Notes under the pieces: generated by a model
Databases searched by the model: none
Seen by the model: only the letters and a program-made list of their open reading frames with translations
What the model was told of the DNA's origin: nothing
Made by a program: the position numbers and the translations under genes
Shown: positions 1 to 11,122 of the stretch, piece after piece
Layout: every line of letters starts with the position of its first letter
How positions within the stretch are numbered: the first letter of the stretch is position 1
Assembly: GCA_965261685.1 (NCBI GenBank)
Contig: CBDHDI010000027.1
Span: 344,808 to 408,807 of the forward strand
Length of the DNA: 64,000 nt
Direction of reading: 5' to 3'
Source of the DNA: Dehalococcoidia bacterium
Lineage (GTDB): Bacteria; Chloroflexota; Dehalococcoidia; UBA2979

Positions 1-1
1 G

Positions 2-1306
2 GTGCTCGTCGCGAACGCGCTGCGCGGCCGCGTGCGGCTGCGCGCGGACGGCGGGTTCCACACCGGCCGCGACGTGCTCGTCGCCGCGATGCTCGGCGCC
101 GAGGAGTACGGCTTCGGCACCTCCGCCATGATCGCCGTCGGCTGCAAGATGGCGCGGCAGTGCCACATCAACACCTGCCCCGTCGGCGTGGCGACGCAGC
201 GCGAGGATCTGCGCGCGAAGTACTTCGGCAAGCCGGAGATGGTGATCAAGTACCTCACGCACGTCGGCGAGGAAGTGCGGGCGATCCTCGCCGAGCTTGG
301 CTACGAGCGTATCGATGACATCATCGGCCGCCCGGAGCTGCTCAAGCAGCTCCCGCCCGAGGGCGGGCGCGGGGACGGGATCGACCTCGCGAACGTGCTG
401 ATGCCCGCGGATCCAACAGGCCTCGAGCCCCGGCACTCGATCCAGGAGCGCAACGATCGCGGTGAGGCGTTGCTGGACGACAGGATCATCGCCGACGTCC
501 GCTCCGCCATCGTGGGCGGCCCGCCGGTGCAGCGCTCCTACGAGATCCGCAACACGGACCGCACGGTCGGAGCGCGGCTCTCCGGCGAAATCGCGCTGCG
601 CTACGGCAACACCGGGTTGCCCGAGGGCTCGATCGAGCTTGCCTTCCGGGGCTCGGCGGGGCAGTCGTTCGGCGCGTTCCTCTCCTCCGGGATGCGCCTG
701 CACCTCGTCGGCGAGGCCAACGACTATGTGGCGAAGGGCATGAACGGCGGCGAGATCACCGTCCGCCCACCCGATGACGCGGGGTTCCTCGGCGCAGACA
801 CCGAGGCCGTACTGATCGGCAACACCGTGCTCTACGGCGCGACCGGCGGGCACCTGTTCGTCGCGGGCAGCGCGGGCGAGCGATTCGCGGTCCGCAACTC
901 CGGCGCGCGCGCTGTCGTCGAGGGCATCGGGGACCACGGTTGCGAGTACATGACCGACGGGGTGATCGTGATCCTCGGCCGCACGGGCCGCAACTTCGGC
1001 GCCGGCATGTCGGACGGCATCGCCTACGTGCTGGACGAGGAAGGCGACTTCCGTACGCGCGTCAACCAGGAACTGGTCGGCCTCGAGCAGGTCACGACGC
1101 CGGACGCCATCAACCTGCTCGAGATGCTGGTGCGCCGCCACCTCGAGATGACCGGATCGCCGAGGGCGCGCCACGTTCTCAACGAGTGGCGGCAGTACCT
1201 GCCGAAGTTCTGGAAGGTCGTCCCCAGGTTCGCGCTGACCGAGGAGGGCCCGATGACCGTCGTGCGCCGCCACCTCGCGGGCCTGCGCGCGCAGACGGCG
1301 GACTAG
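2..1306 (+). CDS. gltB: glutamate synthase large subunit, C-terminal GXGXG/beta-helix domain (5' partial, runs off window)
   Basis: ORF open at window start; conserved GltB C-terminal motifs (CHINTCPVGVATQ, GXGXG-type repeats). Confidence 0.85.
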   Translation: MLVANALRGRVRLRADGGFHTGRDVLVAAMLGAEEYGFGTSAMIAVGCKMARQCHINTCPVGVATQREDLRAKYFGKPEMVIKYLTHVGEEVRAILAELGYERIDDIIGRPELLKQLPPEGGRGDGIDLANVLMPADPTGLEPRHSIQERNDRGEALLDDRIIADVRSAIVGGPPVQRSYEIRNTDRTVGARLSGEIALRYGNTGLPEGSIELAFRGSAGQSFGAFLSSGMRLHLVGEANDYVAKGMNGGEITVRPPDDAGFLGADTEAVLIGNTVLYGATGGHLFVAGSAGERFAVRNSGARAVVEGIGDHGCEYMTDGVIVILGRTGRNFGAGMSDGIAYVLDEEGDFRTRVNQELVGLEQVTTPDAINLLEMLVRRHLEMTGSPRARHVLNEWRQYLPKFWKVVPRFALTEEGPMTVVRRHLAGLRAQTAD

Positions 1307-1361
1307 CGCCGGTCCTTCATCCCGCGACGTTCACGGTCGTACTGCAAGCGGTAGGCGGCGC

Positions 1362-4300
1362 CTACTCGTACCTGAGCGCCTCGGCGACCGCAACGCGCGA
1401 GGCGGCGCGGGCGGGCAGCAGCGTCATCAGCGCGCTCGCGCCGTAGGCGACGGTGAGCACCACCGCCAGCCGCACCCACGGCACCTGGAAGTCGATCTCG
1501 GTGCCCCCGGTAAACTCCGGACTCGCCAGCAGGTTGTAGGAGACCGCCAGACCGAGCGTGACCCCGATCGCGATGCCCGCCAGCGCGATGAACGAAGACT
1601 CGAGGAAGTAGGAGATCGCCACGAGCCTGCGGGTGTAGCCGATCGCGCGCAGCATCCCGATCTGCTGACGCCGCTCCACCACCGTGCGGAACGCGATCAC
1701 CCCGAGCGCCGCGATGCCGACGATCAGCCCGAGCGCCATGAAGCCCTCGAACAGGAACTGGAACGAGCGCGACGTGCTGGCCTGATCGTCGATCAGCTTG
1801 TCGATCGAGTCCGCCTGCACGCCGAGCTCCAGCAGCGTCGACTCGATGTCGCGCGAGGCCTCGATCGCGGCCTCGTCCGTGGCCTCGGCGGTCACCACGA
1901 AGTACCGCTCCAGGTCGCCGCCCTCGAAGGCCTCTTCGATGACCGCGGCGTGCGTGAAGATGGCGAAGAAGGCGGGGATGACCGAGCTGACCTGCGGCTC
2001 CAGCACGGCGATGATCCGCAGCTCGGTCGTGTGACCGGTCGACGGGTCGCGGAACGTGAGCGGGATCGGCTCCCACTGCTCGTGACGGAGGTCGTGGTCG
2101 GTGACCCCGAGGTAGAAGTCGCCCGGCTGATTCGGGTCGCCGCCGAACTCGGCTGGTTCCTGCAGGCGCGAGGCGTCGACGATGGCGATGCCGGGATCGC
2201 TGCGGAGCGCCTCCCACACGGCCTCGTCGCTGTCGTAAGCGGCTGCGCGGTGCGCGAGGGGGAAGCGCTGCAGGTCGATGAGCTCGTCGTCCATGCCGGC
2301 GAGCTGGTACGTCTCGAAGCCGTCGTCGCCCGCCGGGTCGTCGCTGCGCCGCAGCTGCGGGAAGGCGGAGACGAGGCGCCCGACACCGGCGAGCGTCGTG
2401 TCGGGCTCGTAGCCGGCGGAGCGGAGCGCCTCGCGCAGGTCGGGGACGCGGTTGCCGGGATTGACGGCGACGGCGACGTCGAAGCCGCCATTGGCGTCCT
2501 CACTGAGGAATGCCTGGGTGAAGTTCGAGTTGAGCGTCGCCATCACGACGAGACTGAAGACGACGAGCCCGAACATCGCGAGGGTCATGCCGGTGCGGAA
2601 CTTCGAGGCCACCGGGTAAGCGATCGCCATCTTGATCGCGGGGGCGATCCCGCCGAGCAGGCCGCCGAGCCAGCGCACCGGCGTAAGCGCCAGCTCGGCG
2701 TTCAGGATGATGACGAGCACCGCCGACGCCGTGATCGCGATCCCGGAGACGAAGAACATCTCGATGTTGCCCTCGATGACTCCCGGGCGTGGCAGGCCGA
2801 GCAGCCGCAGCACGCCGTCGACCGGGTCGAGTTCGCCACCGACGACGCTCTCGAGTTCGAAGAAGAGCGAGAACGGGAGCGGGAGGACCCAGTACCAGAC
2901 CAGCCCGAGCCCGGCGACCGTGAAGGAGAGGCGCTCGTTCAGTCCGAAGTAGACGGCGAGCATCGCGACGGCGAACACGGCGAGGGTGAAGCCTCCCGTG
3001 TATGAGAACGCCTGGCCCTGGAAGAAGCTCAAGGCGTCGAGTCCCCAGCCGGACAGCCAGACGAGCACCGCGCCGAGGACCAGCATGATCACGGCCCAGC
3101 CACCTGCGTTGCGGTAGCGTCCCGCCCAGGCGCGCGAGAGCTGCAGCAGCCACACGCAGGCGGCAACGACGTTGAAGACGCTGATCCAGAGCGCCCAGAT
3201 CAGCCAGTTTCGCCAGCCCTGCATGTCGAGGAACCGCCCTGAGCGCACGGTTTGGGCGCCGAAGAACATCAGCGCGCCCACCGCCATGAGGGCGGCGCCG
3301 CTGAAGAGGCCGGACAGGATGAACGGCAGGTTCCCGAAGACCCCGACGATCGAGAGCACGGTGATGAGGACGGTCAGGTATCCCGCCACCACCAGCACCA
3401 CGATCCAGCCGACCATCCAGAGCGCGCCGACCGCGGCCTTGAGCAGCCCGCCGATCGAGCGGTCCGCGCCTCGCAGCGGCTGCGGCTCCGGCAGGTCGCG
3501 GATCGCGCGCACGATGTTGAGGTTCGCGATGCGGAAGGCGGAGAACGCGACGGTCGCGAACGTGAGGACCACACCCAGGCTGTAGGCGATCAGGAAGCCC
3601 TGCCAGTTGAAGTGGAACGTGATCCCGAAGCCCAGCGCCTCCCTGAAGATCCGCCCCAGCACGAGCACCAGCAGGAACGAGACCCCGAGGCCGAGCAGGG
3701 CGCCCACGGCTGCCGAGCCGACGTTGTAGGCCATGCCCTCGGCGAGGAACGACTCCGTGAGGTGCAGCCGCTGCATGCCGACCGCGCGGGCCATCCCCAT
3801 CTCCGACCGCCGCTCGGCGGCGAGCATCACGAAGATCAGGAAGATCAGGAGGATGCCCGAGGCGATCGCGAACAGCCCGAAGATCAGGAAGAAGGTGACG
3901 AAGATCGACCCGATGATCTCAGCCAGCAGGACGGCGTCCTTCTTCGTGAAGAAGATCTGGGCCTGGCTCTCCGGATGGGCCTCGATGAAGTCCTCCACCC
4001 GGTCCGCGACGGCGTCGTTCAGGTCCAGCGTGTCACGCACGCCGCCGGTGATGGACACAGCGACGGCGGTCAACTTGCCCTCGCGGCCGGTCAGTTCGCG
4101 AGCGACGTCGAGGCTCGTCACGAAACCGCCTCCGCCGCCCTGGGCCTGGGTGATCGAGGTGTTCTGGACGACGTCGATCACCTCGAACTCCGTCGGCTGG
4201 CCGTCCTTGAACACGCTGAACGTATCGCCGGGACCGACGTTGATCTGGTCGGCCAGTTCCTGGGAGACGTAGGCGCGGAATCCCCCGAGGGTGGAGCCGG

Positions 4301-4829
4301 GGATCAGATCGCCGTCGAGGGTCTTGAGGCCTTTGAAGGCGTCGACGGTGTCCGGATCGACGCCGATGACGCTGGCGTCCGCCTCCGCAAGGCGCCGTTC
4401 GAGATTGACTGCGGGCAGCACCTCGGCGAGCACGCCGGTGATGCCATCGATGTCCGGATCTTCGATGAACTCGGCAGTGAGCGCGTCGAGGAACTCGTCG
4501 GTCAGGAAGCGATCGCCGAACTCGGAGATATCGTCGTCGAACGCGATCAGGATGTCGGCTTCCTCGAACTGGTCGTAGACCTCGTTCGTGATCGAGTAGC
4601 CGACAGTGTCGCCGGTGGCGAAGGCGGCGCTGATGATCAGCGTCGAGAGCATCAGCCCGATGACGATCAGCGCGGTCTGCGGCTTGCGCCGGCCGATGTT
4701 GCGCAGCCCCATGCGGACCAGCAGCGGCTGACGCCAGGCGATGACGCCGAGGATCGCGAAGATCGCGCCGAGCGCGAGCAGCAGCGCGACGAGGATGCTG
4801 GTCAGCGGGATCCCGAAGAGACTATCCAA
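1362..4829 (-). CDS. ABC transporter permease, FtsX/MacB-like with duplicated permease modules (1155 aa)
   Basis: Long ORF with two blocks of 4 TM helices separated by large extracytoplasmic domains; 8-bp overlap with downstream ATPase gene. Confidence 0.75.
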   Translation of the reverse strand: MDSLFGIPLTSILVALLLALGAIFAILGVIAWRQPLLVRMGLRNIGRRKPQTALIVIGLMLSTLIISAAFATGDTVGYSITNEVYDQFEEADILIAFDDDISEFGDRFLTDEFLDALTAEFIEDPDIDGITGVLAEVLPAVNLERRLAEADASVIGVDPDTVDAFKGLKTLDGDLIPGSTLGGFRAYVSQELADQINVGPGDTFSVFKDGQPTEFEVIDVVQNTSITQAQGGGGGFVTSLDVARELTGREGKLTAVAVSITGGVRDTLDLNDAVADRVEDFIEAHPESQAQIFFTKKDAVLLAEIIGSIFVTFFLIFGLFAIASGILLIFLIFVMLAAERRSEMGMARAVGMQRLHLTESFLAEGMAYNVGSAAVGALLGLGVSFLLVLVLGRIFREALGFGITFHFNWQGFLIAYSLGVVLTFATVAFSAFRIANLNIVRAIRDLPEPQPLRGADRSIGGLLKAAVGALWMVGWIVVLVVAGYLTVLITVLSIVGVFGNLPFILSGLFSGAALMAVGALMFFGAQTVRSGRFLDMQGWRNWLIWALWISVFNVVAACVWLLQLSRAWAGRYRNAGGWAVIMLVLGAVLVWLSGWGLDALSFFQGQAFSYTGGFTLAVFAVAMLAVYFGLNERLSFTVAGLGLVWYWVLPLPFSLFFELESVVGGELDPVDGVLRLLGLPRPGVIEGNIEMFFVSGIAITASAVLVIILNAELALTPVRWLGGLLGGIAPAIKMAIAYPVASKFRTGMTLAMFGLVVFSLVVMATLNSNFTQAFLSEDANGGFDVAVAVNPGNRVPDLREALRSAGYEPDTTLAGVGRLVSAFPQLRRSDDPAGDDGFETYQLAGMDDELIDLQRFPLAHRAAAYDSDEAVWEALRSDPGIAIVDASRLQEPAEFGGDPNQPGDFYLGVTDHDLRHEQWEPIPLTFRDPSTGHTTELRIIAVLEPQVSSVIPAFFAIFTHAAVIEEAFEGGDLERYFVVTAEATDEAAIEASRDIESTLLELGVQADSIDKLIDDQASTSRSFQFLFEGFMALGLIVGIAALGVIAFRTVVERRQQIGMLRAIGYTRRLVAISYFLESSFIALAGIAIGVTLGLAVSYNLLASPEFTGGTEIDFQVPWVRLAVVLTVAYGASALMTLLPARAASRVAVAEALRYE

Positions 4830-5550
4830 CCAGCATCTCCTCGCGCTCGATCTCGCCGTCGCGCATGTGGACGATGCGGTGACAGCGCTCGGCGATCTCG
4901 CGCCCGTGCGTCACCAGTACGAAGGTCTGACCGTGCGACTCGTTGAGCCCGACGAGCAGGTCCATGATCTGGTTGGCGGTCACGGAGTCGAGGTCGCCGG
5001 TGGGCTCGTCGGCCCAGACGATCGCCGGGTCGTTCACGAGCGCGCGCGCGATGGTGACGCGCTGGCGCTGGCCGCCCGAGAGCTGTCCGGGCCGGTGCTC
5101 CGCCCAGTCGGCGAGGCCGACCTGTTCGAGGCCCGCCATCGCTCGTTCCCGGGCCTCGGACGGCGCCACGCCGGAGACCAGCAGCGGCAGCTCCACGTTC
5201 TCGACCGAGCTGAGCACGGGCAGCAGGTTGTAGAACTGGAAGATGAAGCCCATACGCCTCGCCCGGTACGAGGTCTTCGTGTTGTCGTCGAGGCTGTCGA
5301 GGTCGGTGCCCTCGATCATGATGTTGCCCTCGGTGGGGTCGTCGAGGCCGGAGGCGGTGTTGAGCAGTGTGGTCTTGCCGCAGCCGGAGGGGCCCATGAT
5401 GGCGACCATCTCGGCGGGCTGGACGGAGAGCGAGACGCCGCGCAGGGCGTGGACCTGGACCTCGCCCGTCTCGTAGGTTTTGACGAGGTCCGTGATCTCG
5501 ATGATCGCTTCGCTCATCCTGCCTCCTGACCCGGACGCTGCCTCATGCAC
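4822..5550 (-). CDS. ABC transporter ATP-binding protein (LolD/MacB type)
   Basis: Walker [13 protein letters not shown] signature LSGGQRQR, Walker B/D-loop; coupled to the permease. Confidence 0.9.
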   Translation of the reverse strand: MHEAASGSGGRMSEAIIEITDLVKTYETGEVQVHALRGVSLSVQPAEMVAIMGPSGCGKTTLLNTASGLDDPTEGNIMIEGTDLDSLDDNTKTSYRARRMGFIFQFYNLLPVLSSVENVELPLLVSGVAPSEARERAMAGLEQVGLADWAEHRPGQLSGGQRQRVTIARALVNDPAIVWADEPTGDLDSVTANQIMDLLVGLNESHGQTFVLVTHGREIAERCHRIVHMRDGEIEREEMLVG

Positions 5551-5713
5551 GCTCGTGTCATTGTCGGACGGGGCTCAGGCGAGCGCCAGCAAACGGCAGC
5601 GCAGCTACTCCAACCCAGGTGCCAGCTTGGTTGGAGTACTGCGGAACAGCTTCGCAGAAGGCGAATAACGCGAGCGTAAGGTCGATCGGGCACCGCATCG
5701 GCGGCGTGCGCCC

Positions 5714-5971
5714 TTGGATGCTGGGGCGCTGCAGCGTCGCCGTACAATGGAGCGGCGCGGGTTGCCAGGACGCTGGCGCAGCATCGAGGCGGAAGGACGG
5801 ACCGTGGCGTTCGGGGTCGTACTCGTCATCATCGGACTGATCTTCCTCGCGGAGTCGCTCGGGATCACCGAGTTCGGCATCCGCGAGCTGTGGCCGCTCA
5901 TTCTGATCGGCGTCGGCGCCGTGATCCTCTACGAGCGGCTGCGGCGTGCCTGGCGGAGGCGAGGGCAATGA
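5714..5971 (+). CDS. small membrane protein with two predicted TM helices (start uncertain)
   Basis: Hydrophobic segments VVLVIIGLIFLAESLGI / LWPLILIGVGAVIL; stop overlaps the next start (ATGA). Confidence 0.4.
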   Translation: MDAGALQRRRTMERRGLPGRWRSIEAEGRTVAFGVVLVIIGLIFLAESLGITEFGIRELWPLILIGVGAVILYERLRRAWRRRGQ

Positions 5972-6534
5972 GCGCGCGCGCGCGCGACGTGGCCCCGGTC
6001 AGCGTCGCGCTCTATCTGATCACGCTCGGCGCGGTGCTGCTGATCGACAGTACCGGCGCGCACTCGCTCGGCCGCGCCGGCGCGATTGGCAGCGCCTTCG
6101 GCCTTGCCTTCGTCGCCCTCGGTGTGCTCGCCGTGCTCGCGGCCTGGCGGGTGCGGCGCTTCACGCGACGGCTGCGCCTGGCGGTCGGCCACGTGCGCTC
6201 CTCCGTGGACGGCTGGACCGTCGAGGACGACGCCGTGATCTCGACGGTCGTCGGCGACATCGAACTCGACCTGCGGGAGGCGGCGCTGCCGCCCGGGGAA
6301 ACGGAGCTGGCGCTATTCTGCTGGCTGGGCACGATCCAGGTGCGCGTCCCGCGCGGCATCGGCGTGGACGTCACCGCCCAGTCGATCGTCGGGAGCGTCG
6401 ACATCCTCGGTCGTCGCGAGGAGGGCATCGTGCGCGACATCCACCTGCGCAGCGATGGCTACGAGGAGGCCGAGCGCCGGGTGCGGATGCGCCTCTCGAC
6501 CTTCGTCGGCGAGCTGCTTGTCGTCCACGTGTAG
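5968..6534 (+). CDS. LiaF-like (DUF2154-type) cell-envelope stress membrane protein
   Basis: N-terminal TM helices plus a C-terminal beta-rich domain (DIELDLREA...GTIQVRVPRGIGVDV); ATGA overlap with upstream small gene. Confidence 0.5.
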   Translation: MSARARDVAPVSVALYLITLGAVLLIDSTGAHSLGRAGAIGSAFGLAFVALGVLAVLAAWRVRRFTRRLRLAVGHVRSSVDGWTVEDDAVISTVVGDIELDLREAALPPGETELALFCWLGTIQVRVPRGIGVDVTAQSIVGSVDILGRREEGIVRDIHLRSDGYEEAERRVRMRLSTFVGELLVVHV

Positions 6535-6555
6535 GTAGCAGCCCGGGCCTTCGCG

Positions 6556-7173
6556 CTACTCCCGCAGCGGGCAGGCGGCGCAGCGCTCGATCGCCGGCGG
6601 CGCGGCCTCGATGCACGCGACGCGCGCGAGCAGGCCGCGCACGGTCCAGAGCGGCAGCCCGATGACGGCACAGAGACAGCCGTCCACGCTCGCGGCCGGC
6701 GCGAACTCCGCATCCTGCACGGCGTAGCCGCCCGCCTTGTCGAACGGCTCGCCGCGGGCGATGAAGCGCCGGATCTCCTCGTCGCCGTAGTCGCGCATCG
6801 TGACGGCGGTCGTCGCCGCCTCGACGGCGTCCCGGCCCTCCGAGGCGACCGCGACCGCGCTCACCACCTCGTGGCTGCGGCCGCGCAGCGCGCCGAGCAT
6901 CGCCGCGGCCTCGTCCGCGCCGTCCGGCTTGCCGAGCACGCGCCCGTCGAGGACGACGATCGTGTCGGCGGCGATTACGGGCGCGCTCGGGTGCGCCGCC
7001 GCCGCGGCGCGCGCCTTGCGCAGCGCGAGTTGCGAGGCGCGGCGCTGCGGGTCGGGCTCCTCGCTGCTCTCCTCCACGTCGGTGGGGCGGACGACGAAGT
7101 CGAGGCCGAGCGCCGCGAGCAGGTCGCGACGGCGAGGGGAGGCCGAGGCGAGCACAGGCGTCGGCTGCCCCAC
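6556..7173 (-). CDS. maf: Maf-like nucleoside triphosphate pyrophosphatase
   Basis: Motif VLASASPRRRDLLAALG; GTG start chosen, overlapping the rlmD stop by a few bp. Confidence 0.8.
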   Translation of the reverse strand: MGQPTPVLASASPRRRDLLAALGLDFVVRPTDVEESSEEPDPQRRASQLALRKARAAAAAHPSAPVIAADTIVVLDGRVLGKPDGADEAAAMLGALRGRSHEVVSAVAVASEGRDAVEAATTAVTMRDYGDEEIRRFIARGEPFDKAGGYAVQDAEFAPAASVDGCLCAVIGLPLWTVRGLLARVACIEAAPPAIERCAACPLRE

Positions 7174-7177
7174 GCGC

Positions 7178-8464
7178 TCAGCTCGTGGCCCGGTCGAGGG
7201 TCGAGATGCACTCGATGTGCTGCGTGTGCGGGAACATGTCGATCGGCTGCAGCTCGCTGAGCTCCATGCCGCCGTCGGCAAGGCGGCGCAGATCGCGGGC
7301 GAGCGTCGCCGGATCGCACGAGACGTAGACGAGCCGCCGTACCCCCGACTCGACGATCGCGTCGATCACGGAAGCGTCGAGGCCCGCGCGTGGCGGGTCT
7401 ACGACGACGACGTCCGGAGCGGGATCGAGCGCGGGGAGCTGCTCCTCGACGGTGCCGACGATGCGGCGGACGTTGTCATACGGCGCGAGGTTGACCTCGG
7501 CGTCGTCGCCGGCGGCGGCGGACGCCTCGATCGTGACGACGTCGGGCACGACCTGTGCCAGTGCGACGGCGAACGTGCCGACGCCGGAGTAGGCGTCGGC
7601 GACGAGGCGGGGCTGGACGGCGCGGGCGCGCGCGACGACGAGCTCGATCAGGCGCTCCGCCTGGCGCGAGTTGACCTGGAAGAAGGCAGGCGAGGAGACG
7701 CGGTAGCGCGCGCCGCGCAGCAGCTCGTGGTAGTGGGGCTGGCCGCTGCGCGTGCGCCCTCGGCGGTGCGGGCGCCAGCGCAGCTTCGGCTGGACGAGCA
7801 GTTCATCGCTGTGCTCGCCCGCGCGGACGGTCAGCGCTCGCGTCTGCATCGTGCGGCCCTGCGCGTCCTGCAGCACGCGGTTGGCCGCCGGGAGCGCGAT
7901 CTCGCAGTGGTCGATGCGCAGGAAGCGATGGCTGCCGTGCTCCATGAAGCCGACCTCGCCGTCGCGCCGCACGGTGAAGCGCATGTGGTTGCGGTACGCC
8001 CAGGGGTCGGCCATGCCGATCATCTCCTGCAGCACGCCGTCGATCGCCTCGTCCTCGAAGCGGCCGATGCGGCGCAGCTGGTCGCGCACGATGCCGGTCT
8101 TGAGGCGCAGTTGCTCGCCGTACGAGATGTGCTGGAGCTGGCAGCCACCGCAGCGCCCGAAGTACTGGCAGCGCGGCTCGACACGATGCTCCGAAGGCTC
8201 GCGCACCTTGATCGTCGTGGCCTCGATGTAGGACGGCGACTCCGCCGCGATCTCGGCGAGGACGCGTTCACCGGGCATGGCGTAGTCGACGAATGCGATG
8301 CGGCCGTCGGGGGCGCGTCCGACGGCCTTGCCGCCCGCGGCGAAGCCGGTCAGCTCGATCTCGATCGGCTTGCGAGGGCGATCGAGCACGCGGCGGCGCC
8401 GCCGGCTCCTCTGGCGTCGGCGCTGGGGTGCGGGCTCTGGCGAAGCGGGATACTCGTTGCTCAC
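7178..8464 (-). CDS. rlmD: 23S rRNA (uracil-C5)-methyltransferase, RlmD/RumA family
   Basis: TRAM domain, Cys cluster CQYFGRCGGCQLQH, C-terminal class I SAM methyltransferase fold; GTG start at 8464. Confidence 0.8.
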   Translation of the reverse strand: MSNEYPASPEPAPQRRRQRSRRRRRVLDRPRKPIEIELTGFAAGGKAVGRAPDGRIAFVDYAMPGERVLAEIAAESPSYIEATTIKVREPSEHRVEPRCQYFGRCGGCQLQHISYGEQLRLKTGIVRDQLRRIGRFEDEAIDGVLQEMIGMADPWAYRNHMRFTVRRDGEVGFMEHGSHRFLRIDHCEIALPAANRVLQDAQGRTMQTRALTVRAGEHSDELLVQPKLRWRPHRRGRTRSGQPHYHELLRGARYRVSSPAFFQVNSRQAERLIELVVARARAVQPRLVADAYSGVGTFAVALAQVVPDVVTIEASAAAGDDAEVNLAPYDNVRRIVGTVEEQLPALDPAPDVVVVDPPRAGLDASVIDAIVESGVRRLVYVSCDPATLARDLRRLADGGMELSELQPIDMFPHTQHIECISTLDRATS

Positions 8465-8542
8465 GGTCTGATCGTACGCGCCGGAGGCGGCCGGGCGCGA
8501 GCGCGGGTAGCATCGGCGCTGCCGAGGCGGAAGGAATCGTCC

Positions 8543-9661
8543 GTGGTCGACGTGCCGGAACGGCTGCGCGAACTCGTGCGCGAGGTGGTCTCGATCCCGT
8601 CCGCGCCGTACCTCGAAGGGGGCGTGCGCGACTACCTGCGCGACTTCGCCGCCGCGCGCGGACTGACGCACGAGGAGGACGTGTACGGCAACGTGCGCAT
8701 CACCTACCGCCGCGGCCGCCGGCGCCGCCCCCTGGTCCTCGGTGCGCACATGGACCACCCCGGCTTCGTTGTCGAGCAGGTGCGGGGCGGGCGGCTGCGG
8801 CTCGAGTTCCGCGGCGGGCTCTCCGCCGAGTACGGCAAGGGCGAGCGCGTCGCCCTCTACCGCGAGGGCGAGCGAGCGCCGCACGCCCAGGCGCGCATCA
8901 CCTCGGTGCAGCGTGACGAGCGGCAGCGGCTGACTGGCGCCGCCGCCACGCTGGAGCGCGGCGGCGGCGAGGCTGCCGAGGGCGACCTCGCGCTCTGGGA
9001 CGTGCCCGTCTGCCGCTTCCGCGGCGACTTCGTGCAGGCGCGCGCCTGCGACGACCTCGCCGGCTGCGCCGCCGTGCTCGCAACGCTCGAACGCGTCGCC
9101 GCGGAACGGCGTAGCGGGCACCTGGTCGGTCTCTTCACGCGCGCCGAGGAGGTCGGGCTGCGAGGCGCCTCGGTCGTCGGTCGCGAGCGGCTGCTGCCGG
9201 AGGACGCGCTGGTGGTGGCCGTGGAGACATCCTCGTTCGCGGGCGGGCGGGCGGTGCAGGGCGGCGGACCGATCATCCGCGTCGGCGATGCGATCCACAT
9301 CTTCTCCCCGCTGCTGACGCAGTGGATGACGACGCTCGCGCAGGAGCTGGCGAGCGAGGAGCGCGACGGCTTCGCCTGGCAGCGGCGGTTGATGGACGGC
9401 GGCGTCACCGAGGCCACGGCCTACGACCTCTACGGCTACGAGACGGGCGCGGCCTGCATCGCACTGGGCAACTACCACAACGCCGGGCCGCGCGGCCGCG
9501 TGCGCGCGGAGACGGTGCGGCTCAGCGACCTCGAGGGCCTCGTGCGGCTCTTCGAGCGGATGCACCGCGAGGCGCCGCGCAGCGGGCGGGCGCTGCCCGC
9601 GCTGCTGCGCCGCTACGACCGGCTGGGACGCGAGGCGGCGCCGCTGCTGCGGGAGTCCTGA
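8543..9661 (+). CDS. M42-family metallopeptidase (FrvX/glutamyl aminopeptidase-like)
   Basis: GAHMDHPGF motif and metal-ligand pattern; transcribed divergently from rlmD. Confidence 0.7.
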   Translation: MVDVPERLRELVREVVSIPSAPYLEGGVRDYLRDFAAARGLTHEEDVYGNVRITYRRGRRRRPLVLGAHMDHPGFVVEQVRGGRLRLEFRGGLSAEYGKGERVALYREGERAPHAQARITSVQRDERQRLTGAAATLERGGGEAAEGDLALWDVPVCRFRGDFVQARACDDLAGCAAVLATLERVAAERRSGHLVGLFTRAEEVGLRGASVVGRERLLPEDALVVAVETSSFAGGRAVQGGGPIIRVGDAIHIFSPLLTQWMTTLAQELASEERDGFAWQRRLMDGGVTEATAYDLYGYETGAACIALGNYHNAGPRGRVRAETVRLSDLEGLVRLFERMHREAPRSGRALPALLRRYDRLGREAAPLLRES

Positions 9662-9688
9662 GCCGCGCCCGGCGAAGGGCGATCCGGC

Positions 9689-10273
9689 TCAGCGACCGAT
9701 CAGCGCCCAGACGGCTTCCTCGGTGTCGTGCTCGACGTGGCCCTCGCGCATCAGGCGGGTGAGCAGGCGGCTGTCGCACTCGCCGCTGGCCTCGATGTGG
9801 TCACGGATCGCCTCGCTGCGCGCCGTGTTGCCGAGCACGACGGCGAGCAGCAGCTCCCACTCGAGCGGCGTGGCGAGGACGGTGGCGCCCTCGAATGCGA
9901 TGTGTGCGCGCGCGTCCCAGAGCGAGGGGATCTCGAGCGGCGTCAGCGTGTCGTAGGCGCCGTGGAACGTCGGGTTCGCGTGCACGAAGACCGGCACGGC
10001 TCCGCGTTGGAACTGCAGCCGCGAGGCGGCCACGTGCGCGCCTCGCTCCCAGGTCGCGTCCACGCCGAGCATCTCGGCGAGGGAACGAATCGCCGGGTCG
10101 CTGGTGATGAACTCGATGTTGGCGGCGCTTACCTCGACGCCCTGCAACTGCGTCGCGGCGGCACCGACGAGGGCCCACGGCTGCGAGTCCGCGGCTTCCT
10201 CGATGATGCGCACGAGCGGGCCGAGCACGGCGTGCTGCTCGGCGTCGAGGCGAGAGCGTTCTTCTATGGTCAC
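9689..10273 (-). CDS. hypothetical protein (194 aa)
   Basis: Clean ORF with coding-like GC3; no motif recognised. Confidence 0.5.
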   Translation of the reverse strand: MTIEERSRLDAEQHAVLGPLVRIIEEAADSQPWALVGAAATQLQGVEVSAANIEFITSDPAIRSLAEMLGVDATWERGAHVAASRLQFQRGAVPVFVHANPTFHGAYDTLTPLEIPSLWDARAHIAFEGATVLATPLEWELLLAVVLGNTARSEAIRDHIEASGECDSRLLTRLMREGHVEHDTEEAVWALIGR

Positions 10274-10443
10274 CGCGCCTCCGGGTCGGGACGGCGGGAG
10301 CTATTTCGAGGGAATCATAACCTGTCGTCGATACACCGTCTCCCAGCGCTGACGGGTTGCTCACTGCTGGTGTCGAGGGGGGAGGCCCCTCGACCACTTG
10401 CGAGGGCGTGAACGCCCATGGAGTATCATGGCGCGGAGGAACG

Positions 10444-11103
10444 ATGCCCAAGCAGGTCACCAACGTCGCCGCCGACGATGCGCTGACGACGATCTACCGC
10501 CTCTCGCACGACGAGCAGGAAGAGGTGATCGCGGTACGGGTCGCCGAGCGCCTGGACATCAAGCCTGCCTCGGCGGCAGGCATGCTCACGCGCCTGCGCC
10601 GCGACAAGCTGGTCCGAATCGACGGGCGCAAGCGGATCTCGCTCAGCGGCACGGGCTTCGCGAGGGCGGAGCAGATGGTGCGCCGGCACCGCCTGGCCGA
10701 GTGCCTGCTGGTGGACACGCTCGGCCTCGAGTGGTGGCGTGCCTACGAGGAAGCGCACCTGATGGAGCATGCGATCTCGGACGTCACCGAGCCGCTGATC
10801 GTCGAGCGCCTGGGCAATCCGCACGTCTCCCCCTTCGGCTACCCGATCCCCGGCTCCCATCACGGCCACCCGCTGTCGATGCGGCGCCTCACGGACGTCG
10901 AAGCCGGCGACAGCACGACGGTCGATCGGGTCTACGAGGAAGACGAGCAGCTGCTGCGCTTCTTCGACGAAGAGGGTATCCGCCCGGGCGCGGGCTTCGA
11001 GGTAGCGGAGGTCGCCGCGTACCGGGGGACCGTGACGATTCAGCTGAACGACCGCGCGCTGGTCCTCGGTCTCGAGGCGGCGCGGCGGATTTGGGTGCCA
11101 TAG
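10444..11103 (+). CDS. ideR: DtxR/IdeR-family metal-dependent transcriptional repressor with C-terminal FeoA/SH3-like domain
   Basis: N-terminal wHTH, metal-site residues, C-terminal SH3-like domain; ATG at 10444. Confidence 0.8.
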   Translation: MPKQVTNVAADDALTTIYRLSHDEQEEVIAVRVAERLDIKPASAAGMLTRLRRDKLVRIDGRKRISLSGTGFARAEQMVRRHRLAECLLVDTLGLEWWRAYEEAHLMEHAISDVTEPLIVERLGNPHVSPFGYPIPGSHHGHPLSMRRLTDVEAGDSTTVDRVYEEDEQLLRFFDEEGIRPGAGFEVAEVAAYRGTVTIQLNDRALVLGLEAARRIWVP

Positions 11104-11122
11104 GCAGGACAGGAGCAGGACG

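Noticed and set aside
6800-8540. 5' two-thirds of the 953-aa plus-strand ORF 6800-9661
   Set aside because: Antisense to maf and rlmD with no recognisable domains; only the 3' third (8543-9661, M42 peptidase) is genuine. Long stop-free antisense frames are expected at about 70% GC.
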